In this document: one piece after another, positions 49,880 to 59,741 of the stretch | Layout: every line of letters begins with the position of its first letter | Numbering within the stretch: position 1 is the first letter of the stretch | From: Candidatus Binatia bacterium | GTDB taxonomy: Bacteria; Desulfobacterota; Binatia; UBA9968; CAXXLF01 | Assembly (NCBI GenBank): GCA_963664015.2 | Contig: CAXXLF010000002.1 | Coordinates: 672,001-736,000, forward strand | Reading direction: 5' to 3' | Length of the DNA: 64,000 nucleotides | Made by a program: the position numbers and the translations under genes | The notes under the pieces: model-generated | Databases searched by the model: none | Told to the model about the DNA's origin: nothing | The model's input: the letters and a program-made list of their open reading frames with translations, nothing else

Positions 49880-51019
49880 ATGTCTGATGAAGTAGCCTAC
49901 AAACCCGCCAAAACCGGGTATCAAGTCTTTATGGAGAGCGAGGGCATCCCCGTCGTCGAGGGATACGGGATCGAAGACGTCACCGAGCTTCCGCGCAAGC
50001 CATGGAAGCGTCTGGGAGGAACGGGATCCTATATCGACCTCAAAGGCGGCGGTGGCGTTTCGGGCATGTACGTTGCCGAGATCCCATCCGGCGGCGCCCT
50101 CAACCCGGAGAAGCACCTCTACGACAAGTTAATTTACGTTCTCAAGGGGCGTGGTGCCACCGAAGTGTGGCAGGAAGGTGGGAAAAAGCAGCTCTTTGAA
50201 TGGTCAGAGGGAGCCATCTTCGGTCCGCCCCTCAACACCACCCACCGGCTGGTCAATGGAGCCAGTGAACCTGCCATCGTGCTTGCCGTTACCACGGCTC
50301 CGATTGTCATCGACCTCTTCCGCGATCCACAATTTATCTTCAACAGTGATTATCACTTCAAATCCCGCTTCGACGGACAGGAAGACTACTTCAAATCCCA
50401 GGACAAGTACTATAAGGCCCATAAAACCCAGATCTGGGAGACCAACTTTATTGCCGATGCACGTACGGCCAAGGTTGAGTTAGCCCCCTACAAACAAGCT
50501 AAAGGTGGACTCACCTGCTTCGAGATGTCGGATAACTGTCTCATCGGACATATCTCCGACTGGCCCACGGGCATCTATCACAAGGCCCACTACCATGCGG
50601 CTGGGGCCGTCCTGCTCGTGCTTCAGTCCTCGGGATATATGCTCATGTGGCCCAAGGAACTGGGCATCCATCCCTATGAATCGGGATACGGGGACAGGGT
50701 GGTCAAGTTCAACTGGAAACCGGGCAGTGTTTACAGTCCGCCGGACGGTTGGTTCCATATGCATCTTAACAGCGGTGTCGATGACGCGCGGCACGTGGCG
50801 CTTCGTCTGGGCAGCCGCAAAAACCCCACGGGTCTCCACGATGCCACCAGCGGCCGGGAAGGCGTGGTCACTAGCCTACGGGATGGCGGCACGCTCATCG
50901 AGCACGAAGATGAGGATCCCCAGATTCGGAAAGATTTCGAAGCTGAAATTAAAAAGTCAGGTATCAAAAACGCAATGCCGCCTGTCAGCTATCGGACGGA
51001 TGCCATTAAGGCAGCTTAG
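49880..51019 (+). CDS. Bicupin protein (copy B), close paralog of 47126-48256
   Basis: Long near-identical stretches shared with copy A (CFEMSDNCL.GHISDWP, LMWPKELGIHPY, RLGSR.NPTG). Confidence 0.87.
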   Translation: MSDEVAYKPAKTGYQVFMESEGIPVVEGYGIEDVTELPRKPWKRLGGTGSYIDLKGGGGVSGMYVAEIPSGGALNPEKHLYDKLIYVLKGRGATEVWQEGGKKQLFEWSEGAIFGPPLNTTHRLVNGASEPAIVLAVTTAPIVIDLFRDPQFIFNSDYHFKSRFDGQEDYFKSQDKYYKAHKTQIWETNFIADARTAKVELAPYKQAKGGLTCFEMSDNCLIGHISDWPTGIYHKAHYHAAGAVLLVLQSSGYMLMWPKELGIHPYESGYGDRVVKFNWKPGSVYSPPDGWFHMHLNSGVDDARHVALRLGSRKNPTGLHDATSGREGVVTSLRDGGTLIEHEDEDPQIRKDFEAEIKKSGIKNAMPPVSYRTDAIKAA

Positions 51020-51043
51020 GTCGGATTTTTAAGAGGAGCTTCT

Positions 51044-51088
51044 AAAAAAGGGCCGCCCCGTTGTAAAACGGGGCGGCCCTTTTCTTTT
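51044..51088. terminator. Bidirectional rho-independent terminator
   Basis: AAAAAAGGGCCGCCCCGTT-gtaa-AACGGGGCGGCCCTTTTCTTTT between convergent genes. Confidence 0.9.
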
Positions 51089-51142
51089 GGGTCCGAAATG
51101 AAGAGGATACGTCCCCGAAGTGACACAACTGGCCAGTTTCAG

Positions 51143-52570
51143 CTAGCTCGAGGCGGTGGTTCCCGTTCGTTGCAAAGGTATGCCCAACTGGTCCCACTCC
51201 CGATCAATTTTCTCCTGGGCCTTCGCCGAAGGAAGGCAGACCTTCGAATAGCTCTTGGCATCGTAGCGTGTGGCGTCGATGATCATCTTGGACGAGGTTA
51301 CGCCACGCTCTCCCGATTTCGTTAGTGGCATAGAGGGATCCAGGACAACGCCTTGCACCTCTTTGATGATATCCACATCCCGGTGTGGCTGGACACGCAT
51401 GGCCACCGCCCACTCCACTGAGAGCGGGTCGTAGGGGTCGACATCATCGTCTACGACAATTACCTGTTTGACAGCACGGCCGGCGATAGCCCCGAGTACG
51501 GCCAATCCCACGAATTTGCCGAAGCCTTCGAAGGGCTTTTCCACCGAGACCACAGCGTGAAGTACCCCTGCCGTCGCCGGCGTCATGTGAATCCGTTTGA
51601 TGCCCGGTAGCGTGATTTGACGCATGAGTTCCGCCTCTCGGGGCAAACCGATCATAACAGTGGATCCACTGGGTTGCCGTCCTTCGTAGGTTGAATCCAA
51701 AATGGGATGGTCCTGATGGGTAATCGCTTTTACTCGAATGGCCGGACGGGCCTTGCGGAACTCGCTGTAATAACCTGTAAATTCACCGAAGGGACCCTCA
51801 TCATGCACCAGCCCGGGGAGAAACTCCCCTTCGATAACAATCTGCGCTGACGCGGGGACTTCCAGTGGGATAGTGCGGCAGGGCACCATTTCCAGAGGCT
51901 TTCCTCTCAATGCGCCGGCTACGGCCAACTCATCAGTGCCGAAAGGCAAAGGCGCGCATGCGGCCATCGTCACCACCGGATCCGCCCCAAGCACAATCGC
52001 CACGGGGAAAGGCTCGTCCGGTCGCTTTTGCATTTGGAGTTTGAGATGACCGTAGGGTTGTATCTGAAGCCCCAGAGTGTTGCGATCGTGTACCTGGTTA
52101 CGATATATACCAACGTTTCGAACCCCGGTGGTAGGGTCTTTGGTCACATGGCATGAAAGTGTCAAAAAGGCCCCCCCATCGTTCGCGTTCCAGGTGGGTA
52201 TCGGTAATTGTGTGAGATCCACCTTGTCGCCTTCGAGGACATGCTGTTGGCATTCGCCCCGCTCGACCATGACAGGCGGGATGGGATTGGCGACTCGGCG
52301 ATTCCATTCTTCCTGCAACTGGTCGGGATCGACTCCAAGGGCCAGGGCATAGCGGCGACGTGTAGCCAGAAGTCCGACGGCAATAGGGAAATCCATTCCC
52401 CCCGGTTTCTCAAAGAGCAATCCCGGACCGTTATGGCGGATGTTCCTGTAGCTGATCGCTCCCAACTCCTGATCCAGCTCCACCGGAACCTTCACCCGTG
52501 CCAGTTCCCCAGCTGCTTCGAGGACCTCCAGATAGCTGCGAAGATCCTTTACTGGATAATCATTAGCCAT
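51143..52570 (-). CDS. UbiD-family (de)carboxylase #4
   Basis: DGGAFLT, NVGIYRNQ, EGPFGEFTGYY, IVVDDDVDP, IIDATR. Confidence 0.95.
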   Translation of the reverse strand: MANDYPVKDLRSYLEVLEAAGELARVKVPVELDQELGAISYRNIRHNGPGLLFEKPGGMDFPIAVGLLATRRRYALALGVDPDQLQEEWNRRVANPIPPVMVERGECQQHVLEGDKVDLTQLPIPTWNANDGGAFLTLSCHVTKDPTTGVRNVGIYRNQVHDRNTLGLQIQPYGHLKLQMQKRPDEPFPVAIVLGADPVVTMAACAPLPFGTDELAVAGALRGKPLEMVPCRTIPLEVPASAQIVIEGEFLPGLVHDEGPFGEFTGYYSEFRKARPAIRVKAITHQDHPILDSTYEGRQPSGSTVMIGLPREAELMRQITLPGIKRIHMTPATAGVLHAVVSVEKPFEGFGKFVGLAVLGAIAGRAVKQVIVVDDDVDPYDPLSVEWAVAMRVQPHRDVDIIKEVQGVVLDPSMPLTKSGERGVTSSKMIIDATRYDAKSYSKVCLPSAKAQEKIDREWDQLGIPLQRTGTTASS

Positions 52571-52687
52571 TGGGACGCCCTCTCAAGTGTTATTATCGTT
52601 TTTTTCTGTTTCATATTTCAAATTCCCCCATACGCGGCTTCACCGTCATCATTAGCAGGCAGCTGAAACACACTGTTCGCAAGCCGC

Positions 52688-54088
52688 CTACCGGCCGTCG
52701 TGGATCCCATACCGGATCCACTCCCGTGCTACCTTCTCCATAACCTCGACCTTGGGTTCACAAACGAGCGGGTAATCTTTGGCATTGTAGCGCGTAGCAT
52801 CGATAATCCACTTGGAAACGCGCGACGGCCCTCTCTGTTCGTCGTGATCCATGGAAGGATCGAGAAAAACCCCCGTTACCTCGTTCAAAATCTCTATGTC
52901 CCGATGGGCCTGCACCCGGGTAGCCACCGCCCACTCCACCGCCACCGGATCGAAGGGATCGATGTCATCATCGACCACGATGACCTGCTTGATATAACGC
53001 CCCGCTTGGGTCCCCAGAACGGCGAGGCCGACATACTTCCCGAAGCCTTCGAAAGTCTTCTCCACTGACACAACCGCATGAAAGGCCCCACCGGCGGCAT
53101 CGGTCACGTAAACGCTTTTCAGGCCCGGCAGTTTGACCGTACGGAGGATCTCCGCGTCCCGGGGGACCCCCGTAAGGACGGAAGACTCATGGGGGGGCAT
53201 ACCTTCATAGGTCAGTTGAAGGATGGGGTTCTCCTGATGCGTGATCGCCTTCACGTGTATCACGTCACGCCGCATCTTGGGTCCCCCATAGTAGCCAGTA
53301 AACTCTCCGAAGGGCCCCTCTTCTCGCTGCTCTTCCGGATCAATCTCCCCTTCAATGACAATCTGCGCAGTGACAGGGACCTCCAAGGGAATCGTGCGGC
53401 AGGGAACCAACTCCATTGGCTTCCCCCGTAGCGCGCCCGCCACAGCCAATTCGTCGGTGCCGAACGGCAATGGTGAGGTGGCCGTTATCACCACCGTCGG
53501 GTCAGCGCCCAAGATGAGCGCCACGGGAAACGGTTTTCCCGGGGCCTTTCGCCTCTGCAGTGTCAGGTGTGTGTACGGCCCCGAGAGAATACCGAGGGTA
53601 TTACGGTCATGAACTTGATTACGGTAAAGGCCCACGTTACGAGTTCCCGTGTCAGGGTCCTTGCTCAGGTGCCCACAGAGGGTCAGATAGGGGCCGCCAT
53701 CGAGGTCGTTCCAAATGGGAACTGGAAACTTTGTTAGATCCACATCGTCGCCGATCATGACATGTTCCTGGCAGGCGCCTTTCTTGACTATCACCGGCGG
53801 CAGCGGATTGGCCGCACGCTCATTCCAGGTTGCCGCAAGCTGATCGGTTTCAACCCCCAGGGCCAGTGCATAACGCCGTCGGGACGCCAGCAGGTCCACG
53901 GCCAACGGAACATTTGAACCACCGGGGTGTTCGAATAAAAGCCCTGGCCCCCGATTTCTCAGATTGCGGTAGCAAACAGCTCCGATTTCCTGATCGAGGG
54001 AGAGGGGTGCTTTTATTCGAGCCAACTCCCCCGCCTCTTCAAGCACGGCCAGATAGCTGCGCAGGTCGGTCACTTCCCTATCTGCCAT
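52688..54088 (-). CDS. UbiD-family (de)carboxylase #5 (tandem paralog of #4)
   Basis: DGGPYLT, NVGLYRNQ, EGPFGEFTGYY, IVVDDDIDP, IIDATR. Confidence 0.95.
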   Translation of the reverse strand: MADREVTDLRSYLAVLEEAGELARIKAPLSLDQEIGAVCYRNLRNRGPGLLFEHPGGSNVPLAVDLLASRRRYALALGVETDQLAATWNERAANPLPPVIVKKGACQEHVMIGDDVDLTKFPVPIWNDLDGGPYLTLCGHLSKDPDTGTRNVGLYRNQVHDRNTLGILSGPYTHLTLQRRKAPGKPFPVALILGADPTVVITATSPLPFGTDELAVAGALRGKPMELVPCRTIPLEVPVTAQIVIEGEIDPEEQREEGPFGEFTGYYGGPKMRRDVIHVKAITHQENPILQLTYEGMPPHESSVLTGVPRDAEILRTVKLPGLKSVYVTDAAGGAFHAVVSVEKTFEGFGKYVGLAVLGTQAGRYIKQVIVVDDDIDPFDPVAVEWAVATRVQAHRDIEILNEVTGVFLDPSMDHDEQRGPSRVSKWIIDATRYNAKDYPLVCEPKVEVMEKVAREWIRYGIHDGR

Positions 54089-54239
54089 TCGTCTTCCTCC
54101 TGACTGGCAAGGTTCACCACGCGTTTCATGGCAAACCTAATCAATATTCGATTGTTAATGAACCCGTCACCCGGTTCGAGATCGGTACGAAAAGAGTTAG
54201 CCCCGATCCAAATTTCACGCAGTTGTAGTTCGGATCCGG

Positions 54240-55979
54240 TCAGTGGCCCGCGCTGCCAATTCCCACCTTCCCACCGAATATACGGGCGCACAGCGCCGTG
54301 ACGACGACGATGATGGACGTCATAAAGGCAACCACTGAGCCACGTTCGAACTGGCCGCCGAAGGCGTAGTCCAGGGCCAATAGGGCCATGGTTCGCGATT
54401 GGGCCGAGCCCAGGAGCACAATAGTACTGATATCCCGCGCCGCAGACATGAAGCCGACCAAACCGACAACGATGAAGGTCGGTGTCATAATAGGCAGGAC
54501 GATCCTACGGTAGGTCTGGAGCCAGGACCCTCCGCTGATCCGCGCCGCCTCTTCCAGCTCGGGCCCGAGCTGGAGCAGGACGCTCTTGGTAATCTGAACT
54601 CCGAACGGCATACTCTTGATAAACAGAGCCAGGATCAGGAGATAAATCGAGCCGTACAAAAACAGCAGCACCCGGGTCTGAAAAACAGTCCAGAGCAAGG
54701 CGAGTCCCAAAAGAATTCCAGGAACGGCCCAGGGAAGCCACGATAGAAAATCGAGCACGTGACGTCCCGCGAACTTCGTCTTTATAATGACATATGCGAT
54801 CAAACCATAGAATACGATACCCGCCGTAGCGGTCCCAAGCCCAATAAGAATCGTATTTTTTACCGATTGCACGAGAAAGGGATCCGTAAATACCCGTTGC
54901 CAATTCTCAAGGGTCCATGGATCCGGGATATCGAAGTACCCGAAGGCCCGCATGAAGGTCCCCATGAACAACATGACAATGGGCGTCAGGGTAACCGAGA
55001 GAGCCAGCAGGAGGACCGCGGCAAATATGGGCCAGCGCCAGCGGCCGAGGGACACGGGCCGGGTGCTGAAGCCCTTGCCGGTCACCGTGCGATACATCCT
55101 CCGCCCTACATACCAGCGCTGGACAAACACGAGGACGAGCAAGACGATCAGGAACATGGTGCCCAACGCAGTGGCAGGAGCGTATTCCGGCGGCTCGTAC
55201 GACACCAGGTCGCGTATCTTGGTCGAGTAGACGAACAGGCCGATGGGAACTCCCAACAACAGCTCGATCTCAAAGGCCTCCATGGAGCGGATAAGCCCAA
55301 GGACCGTCGAGACTAAGATGGCCGGCATCATGAGCGGCACGACGACTCGAAAGATCGTCCCGAACGTACTTGCCCCGCAACTGCGCGATGATTCCTCAAG
55401 TGTAGCGTCGAGATTCCGAAAGGCCGGCGCTAAGAGCAGCACCTTGACCCCCAGGGTCGTCGTCATGTGGACCCAGACGATCCCCCAGTAAGAATAAACA
55501 TTAAAAACCGCACTATCGATAAATGGAAGCTTTTGCAGCCATATATTCAACAGTCCGAACTTGTCGTCGAGCATAAGGATCCACCCCAACGCGACCGGTA
55601 ACGAAGGGAGAAAGAATGAGACCCAGAAGGTGAACTCGAGACCGCCTTTCCCCGGCAGGTCCGTCCGGGCAATGAGCCATGCAAGCACAATACCGATAAC
55701 CAAAGCGATGGATTGGCGGGTTACCGCCAGGGAGACCGTGTTCCACAGAGCATCCAGAATCGAGGGATCGGAGAAAGCCTGCACCCAGCCATCCATCCCG
55801 TAGGTCGGTATCTGGCCCGGGCGGCCCAATTGGAAGCTGTTGACCAGCATCAAGGTGAGGGGCGTGATAACAAGGAAGGCAACCACACCCAACAACAAAC
55901 ACATCAGGATCGTCGCCGGCTCCAGGGTGAATCTACCGGTTGGAGTTGGTTTTATTTCGGATGCAGAGGATTCAATCAT
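54240..55979 (-). CDS. Fe3+/thiamine-type ABC transporter permease (FbpB-like, duplicated)
   Basis: Two EAA loops (LEESSRSCGA, LEEAARISGG), ARTDLPGK, about 12 TM segments. Confidence 0.9.
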   Translation of the reverse strand: MIESSASEIKPTPTGRFTLEPATILMCLLLGVVAFLVITPLTLMLVNSFQLGRPGQIPTYGMDGWVQAFSDPSILDALWNTVSLAVTRQSIALVIGIVLAWLIARTDLPGKGGLEFTFWVSFFLPSLPVALGWILMLDDKFGLLNIWLQKLPFIDSAVFNVYSYWGIVWVHMTTTLGVKVLLLAPAFRNLDATLEESSRSCGASTFGTIFRVVVPLMMPAILVSTVLGLIRSMEAFEIELLLGVPIGLFVYSTKIRDLVSYEPPEYAPATALGTMFLIVLLVLVFVQRWYVGRRMYRTVTGKGFSTRPVSLGRWRWPIFAAVLLLALSVTLTPIVMLFMGTFMRAFGYFDIPDPWTLENWQRVFTDPFLVQSVKNTILIGLGTATAGIVFYGLIAYVIIKTKFAGRHVLDFLSWLPWAVPGILLGLALLWTVFQTRVLLFLYGSIYLLILALFIKSMPFGVQITKSVLLQLGPELEEAARISGGSWLQTYRRIVLPIMTPTFIVVGLVGFMSAARDISTIVLLGSAQSRTMALLALDYAFGGQFERGSVVAFMTSIIVVVTALCARIFGGKVGIGSAGH

Positions 55980-56049
55980 GATCAAGAGGCCCCAAGGACG
56001 CGGTGTTAATTTATTAATCTATCCGACGCGGAACCTACGACACGGATGC

Positions 56050-57138
56050 TTAGCGCCGGCGCCTGAATACGCTCTGCACCAAGCTGATAACCTTTTTCTT
56101 ATTCCGCATGGCGCGCTCGTCGTACGTTTTAATGGCCCCAGGCTGAGGGACACGCCATTCAAACGTATGGTCCGTGGGAACGTCGTTACGGGCGCTAACG
56201 TAGCCCATGATCTTCGGGAAGATCCTCTGGCCGTCACGGGAGAGCAGCCAGTTAATATACACCTTGGCGGCATTGGGATGGGGTGCCCCTTTGTAGATGG
56301 CCACCGCACCGTTGGCGGGACTTACATCGGAGCCTTCGCGCAACTGGCGCGGGTCTACGATGCCGATGGGTAATCCCTGTTTCATCTTGAGCTCGATGAG
56401 GAAATCGGCAGTGCCGATGAGGACAGGAAAACGACCATGGCCGAGGTCATCCCCTTCTACCGTATAGTCCCGCTGTATGCGTAAATCCTGTTTGGCCAGG
56501 GCCCGGATAAAATCAGGACCTAACTCGGGGTGAAGGTAAAAGAATGTAAACGTGGCCTGGCCAGGGCCCGGCCTTGTGGGGTCATCCACGGCCAGCTTTC
56601 CCTTCCACTTGGGGTCCAACAGGTCCTTGTAGGACTTGAACTGCTTTGGATTCACCATCTTTGTATTGTAAAAAATGGTCCCGCGCTGAAACGGGGTCAT
56701 GATCCCAATCTCTGCGCCCTTGCCCAGAATTTCCAGGCCACCGCCGCGCCAGTGCTTGGCATCGGTAACTTCGGGGAGGATCAGTGCCGGCCGCAAAGGC
56801 TGAAACGCCCCCGCCGGAACCATGACAGTCAGCCCCGTGGTCGTGCCATGGACGAATACATCCCACCGGTATTGGCGCGCCCTGCGTTCAGCCATAATGC
56901 GGGGCGAAATCTCACGCCCCGAGGCGCCGAAGAAATTGACTTTGATCCCAAATTTATCTGTGAACGGTTTTGTGAGCGCATCACGGGACTGGACCCCTGC
57001 TGGGCCCGAGACTGCGACTTCGCCCTCTTGTCTGGCCGCCTTTAAAACCTTGTCCCATTCTTCCTGCCAGGCAGATTCACCAACTGAACCGATTGAGAGG
57101 AAAACGACAGCGATAAATATTCCAATGTAACGTCTCAT
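56050..57138 (-). CDS. ABC transporter substrate-binding protein (Fe3+/AfuA-like)
   Basis: Signal peptide, AARQEGEV, DLLDPKWKGK, APHPNAAKVYINWLLSRDGQ. Confidence 0.88.
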   Translation of the reverse strand: MRRYIGIFIAVVFLSIGSVGESAWQEEWDKVLKAARQEGEVAVSGPAGVQSRDALTKPFTDKFGIKVNFFGASGREISPRIMAERRARQYRWDVFVHGTTTGLTVMVPAGAFQPLRPALILPEVTDAKHWRGGGLEILGKGAEIGIMTPFQRGTIFYNTKMVNPKQFKSYKDLLDPKWKGKLAVDDPTRPGPGQATFTFFYLHPELGPDFIRALAKQDLRIQRDYTVEGDDLGHGRFPVLIGTADFLIELKMKQGLPIGIVDPRQLREGSDVSPANGAVAIYKGAPHPNAAKVYINWLLSRDGQRIFPKIMGYVSARNDVPTDHTFEWRVPQPGAIKTYDERAMRNKKKVISLVQSVFRRRR

Positions 57139-57327
57139 AATGCACATCCTTCCCGATCCGCGCAATTTCACGAGTGTTCTTATAGGCTTAAAGTACCCGT
57201 TTTGGTACCATTTTTACATATTTCTGTCAACTAAACCTCTGTTAATGGAAAGCTTCAGGAATAATCGCGGGCGTAATCGACGGTACGATTCACCCATGGG
57301 TTAACCCTGCCCATATTCCAATCTTGG

Positions 57328-57357
57328 TTGACAGGGTAAACGTTGATTTACTATGTT
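57328..57357 (+). promoter_or_regulatory. Candidate sigma70 promoter
   Basis: TTGACA-N18-TATGTT upstream of the MDR gene. Confidence 0.4.
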
Positions 57358-57426
57358 CGCTACGGAGATCGCCACCAACTCATACGAGAGGTTTGTTAGG
57401 AACCACAACCGGAAGGGGGAACTCTG

Positions 57427-58569
57427 ATGCAAGGCAACATGAAGGCTGCTCGTTTCCACGGCTCCAGAGGCCGTGATGGGAAACAGGACGTAGTACGGGT
57501 CGAAGAGATACCCATACCCGACATTGAACGGGGAGAAGTTCTGGTACGCGTTTTACGGGCCGGGCTCAATCACGGAGACCTGCACATGAGGGAGGACGGC
57601 ATCACTTACGCTCCCGATGTGAACGCAATCCCCTATCTGCCCATGACCATCGGCCACGACGGCGTCGGCGAGGTGGTCGAAGTCGGTCCGGAGGTAACCA
57701 ACGTAAAACCAGGCGACCGTGCCGTCATCATGTGCGCCATCACATGCGGATTTTGCAAATACTGCCGCACCGACCGCCAGAACCTTTGCCCATCACACAA
57801 AACCATGGGCTTTGTGGCCAACTTCGGAGCGAAACAATTCCCCGAGCGGCTGCTCCGGTACAAAGACGGCCTGTGGGCCGAGTATGCCCGGGTGCCGGCC
57901 ACCAACGTATGCCCACTCAAGCCGGAAGACGACACGGATGTTATGAGTAAGGTATCCCAGATCGCGGTGGGCTATCGGGCCTTGAAGCGGGCGCGGTTTC
58001 ACAGTGGAGAGACCCTCATTGTCCATGGGGGTTCCGGAATTACGGGCGTCGGGACCATCATCAGCGCCCTGATCATGGGGGCCTCCAGAGTCATCGCCGT
58101 AGCACGAAACCCCGTACCCCTGGAACAGGTCCGGGCCATCGATCCACAGCGTATCTTCACGGTGTCCCTAGGACGGGGCGAGTCCATTTCGGAACGGGTG
58201 CAGGAGCTGACGGGAGGTCAAGGGGCCAGCGTTCTCGCCGACGTGTCCCCGGCCGGCGCCGAGACCATGGTGGAGTGCCTGAAGAATCTCGAGGCTGGAG
58301 GCCGCGTGACTCTCGTTGCCGCAAATCCCGAGTTACTCCAAATTCCCATACGCTACCTCATGATCCGGAACATCGAGTTCACGAGCACCACGGGGCGCCA
58401 CTACGCCGACGTCCCGGAGCTTCTGGATTTGGCGCGCGCCGGGGTCATCGACACGGGACCCATTACCTCCCGATCCTTTCCCTTGGAGGCCGCCAACCAG
58501 GCCCTGGACTACATCAAGACCCGCGGTTCAAACGATCCCCGCTGGCCCATGTATGCACCGGACGCATAG
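57427..58569 (+). CDS. MDR-family dehydrogenase with atypical catalytic Zn site
   Basis: Structural Zn site CGFCKYC..NLC and HGGSGITG are present. GLNHGD and GHD replace the usual GxCxxD and GHE. Confidence 0.85.
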   Translation: MQGNMKAARFHGSRGRDGKQDVVRVEEIPIPDIERGEVLVRVLRAGLNHGDLHMREDGITYAPDVNAIPYLPMTIGHDGVGEVVEVGPEVTNVKPGDRAVIMCAITCGFCKYCRTDRQNLCPSHKTMGFVANFGAKQFPERLLRYKDGLWAEYARVPATNVCPLKPEDDTDVMSKVSQIAVGYRALKRARFHSGETLIVHGGSGITGVGTIISALIMGASRVIAVARNPVPLEQVRAIDPQRIFTVSLGRGESISERVQELTGGQGASVLADVSPAGAETMVECLKNLEAGGRVTLVAANPELLQIPIRYLMIRNIEFTSTTGRHYADVPELLDLARAGVIDTGPITSRSFPLEAANQALDYIKTRGSNDPRWPMYAPDA

Positions 58570-58647
58570 GCCCATCGGGAAATCGTTTAAGAGAGCACGG
58601 TTTAAAAATGGTCGACCGGATCCTTCGAAGAGAAAGGAAACTTTAAA

Positions 58648-59613
58648 ATGGAAGAAAACCCACGTACCCATGCACGCCCCGTGACCACTCGTTCCCGTCT
58701 AGTCCTAGAGATGGTCTCTGAGCTAGTTGGGCTCGAAGAGTGGAAGGACAAGCAGGTCAAAATATCCCTTCGGGAACAGGGAGCTCCCCGTTGGAACCTT
58801 TGCTTTTTCGCTAGCGACTCACCCAGTGGCATCGAGGAAGTGATTCGTGGAGACGCCGATCTGGGCATCATCAACCCTGTGGAGCCCCTGACACTCGCCT
58901 ACCGTGGAACCGGACCCTATAAAACCCCCTCACCCCTGAGAGTCATTACGACCATACCATCAGCGGATCAGCTTGGATTTGCTGTCACCGAAGATACTGG
59001 CTTGAACTCGTTGGCGGACGTTCGCGAGCGCCGCTTTCCGCTAAGGGTAACTCTCCGCGGCCAGCGGGCGCACTCCGTACATCCCATGGTGGAAGACACT
59101 CTCGCTGCCTATGGATATTCCTTGGACGATATCCGGTCCTGGGGCGGGGAAGTGCGCTACGATCCTGGCCTCCCTGATGCTCCAAATCGTATCGGCGCAG
59201 TTGAGCGTGGAGAGGTGAATGCCATTTTTGACGAGGCGGTTAATGTATGGGGCGATATGGCGCTGGACTTGAAAATGCGATTTTTAACCTTAGAAGAACC
59301 GATCCTCAAAAAGCTTGAGGCCGTCGGCTACCGCAGGGCTCTTATCACCAAAGCTGCTGCTCCCAAGATTACCAAGGATGTTATGAGCCTCGATTTCAGT
59401 GGTTGGGCCCTCTTCACCCGTGCGGATGTGTCAGACGAGGTAGTTACGTTTATCTGCCGTGGCCTAGAGGCACGGAAAGATAAAGTTCCGTGGCAGGGGA
59501 CCGGACCGTTGCCGCTGGAGCGGATGTGCTATGACAGCCCCGAAACCCCAATGGCCGTCCCATTGCATGCGGCGGCAGAACGTTTCTGGCGTGAGCGCGG
59601 TTACCTACGCTAG
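58648..59613 (+). CDS. TAXI-family TRAP solute-binding-like protein lacking a signal peptide
   Basis: GDADLGI, LRVITTI, TGLNSLADV, GEVNAIF, RADVSDEVV, VPLHAAAERFWRERG. Confidence 0.75.
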   Translation: MEENPRTHARPVTTRSRLVLEMVSELVGLEEWKDKQVKISLREQGAPRWNLCFFASDSPSGIEEVIRGDADLGIINPVEPLTLAYRGTGPYKTPSPLRVITTIPSADQLGFAVTEDTGLNSLADVRERRFPLRVTLRGQRAHSVHPMVEDTLAAYGYSLDDIRSWGGEVRYDPGLPDAPNRIGAVERGEVNAIFDEAVNVWGDMALDLKMRFLTLEEPILKKLEAVGYRRALITKAAAPKITKDVMSLDFSGWALFTRADVSDEVVTFICRGLEARKDKVPWQGTGPLPLERMCYDSPETPMAVPLHAAAERFWRERGYLR

Positions 59614-59741
59614 GTCTATTCCCAATAGCGCGTAGCGTTCGGACACGGGCAATTCTCGTTGATTCTTTAGCGTTAGGAATCGATCCGTAACTCTTCAATT
59701 CTGTTAGCCGACTTAACACTCTTCGCTTATCGCTCGCCCCG

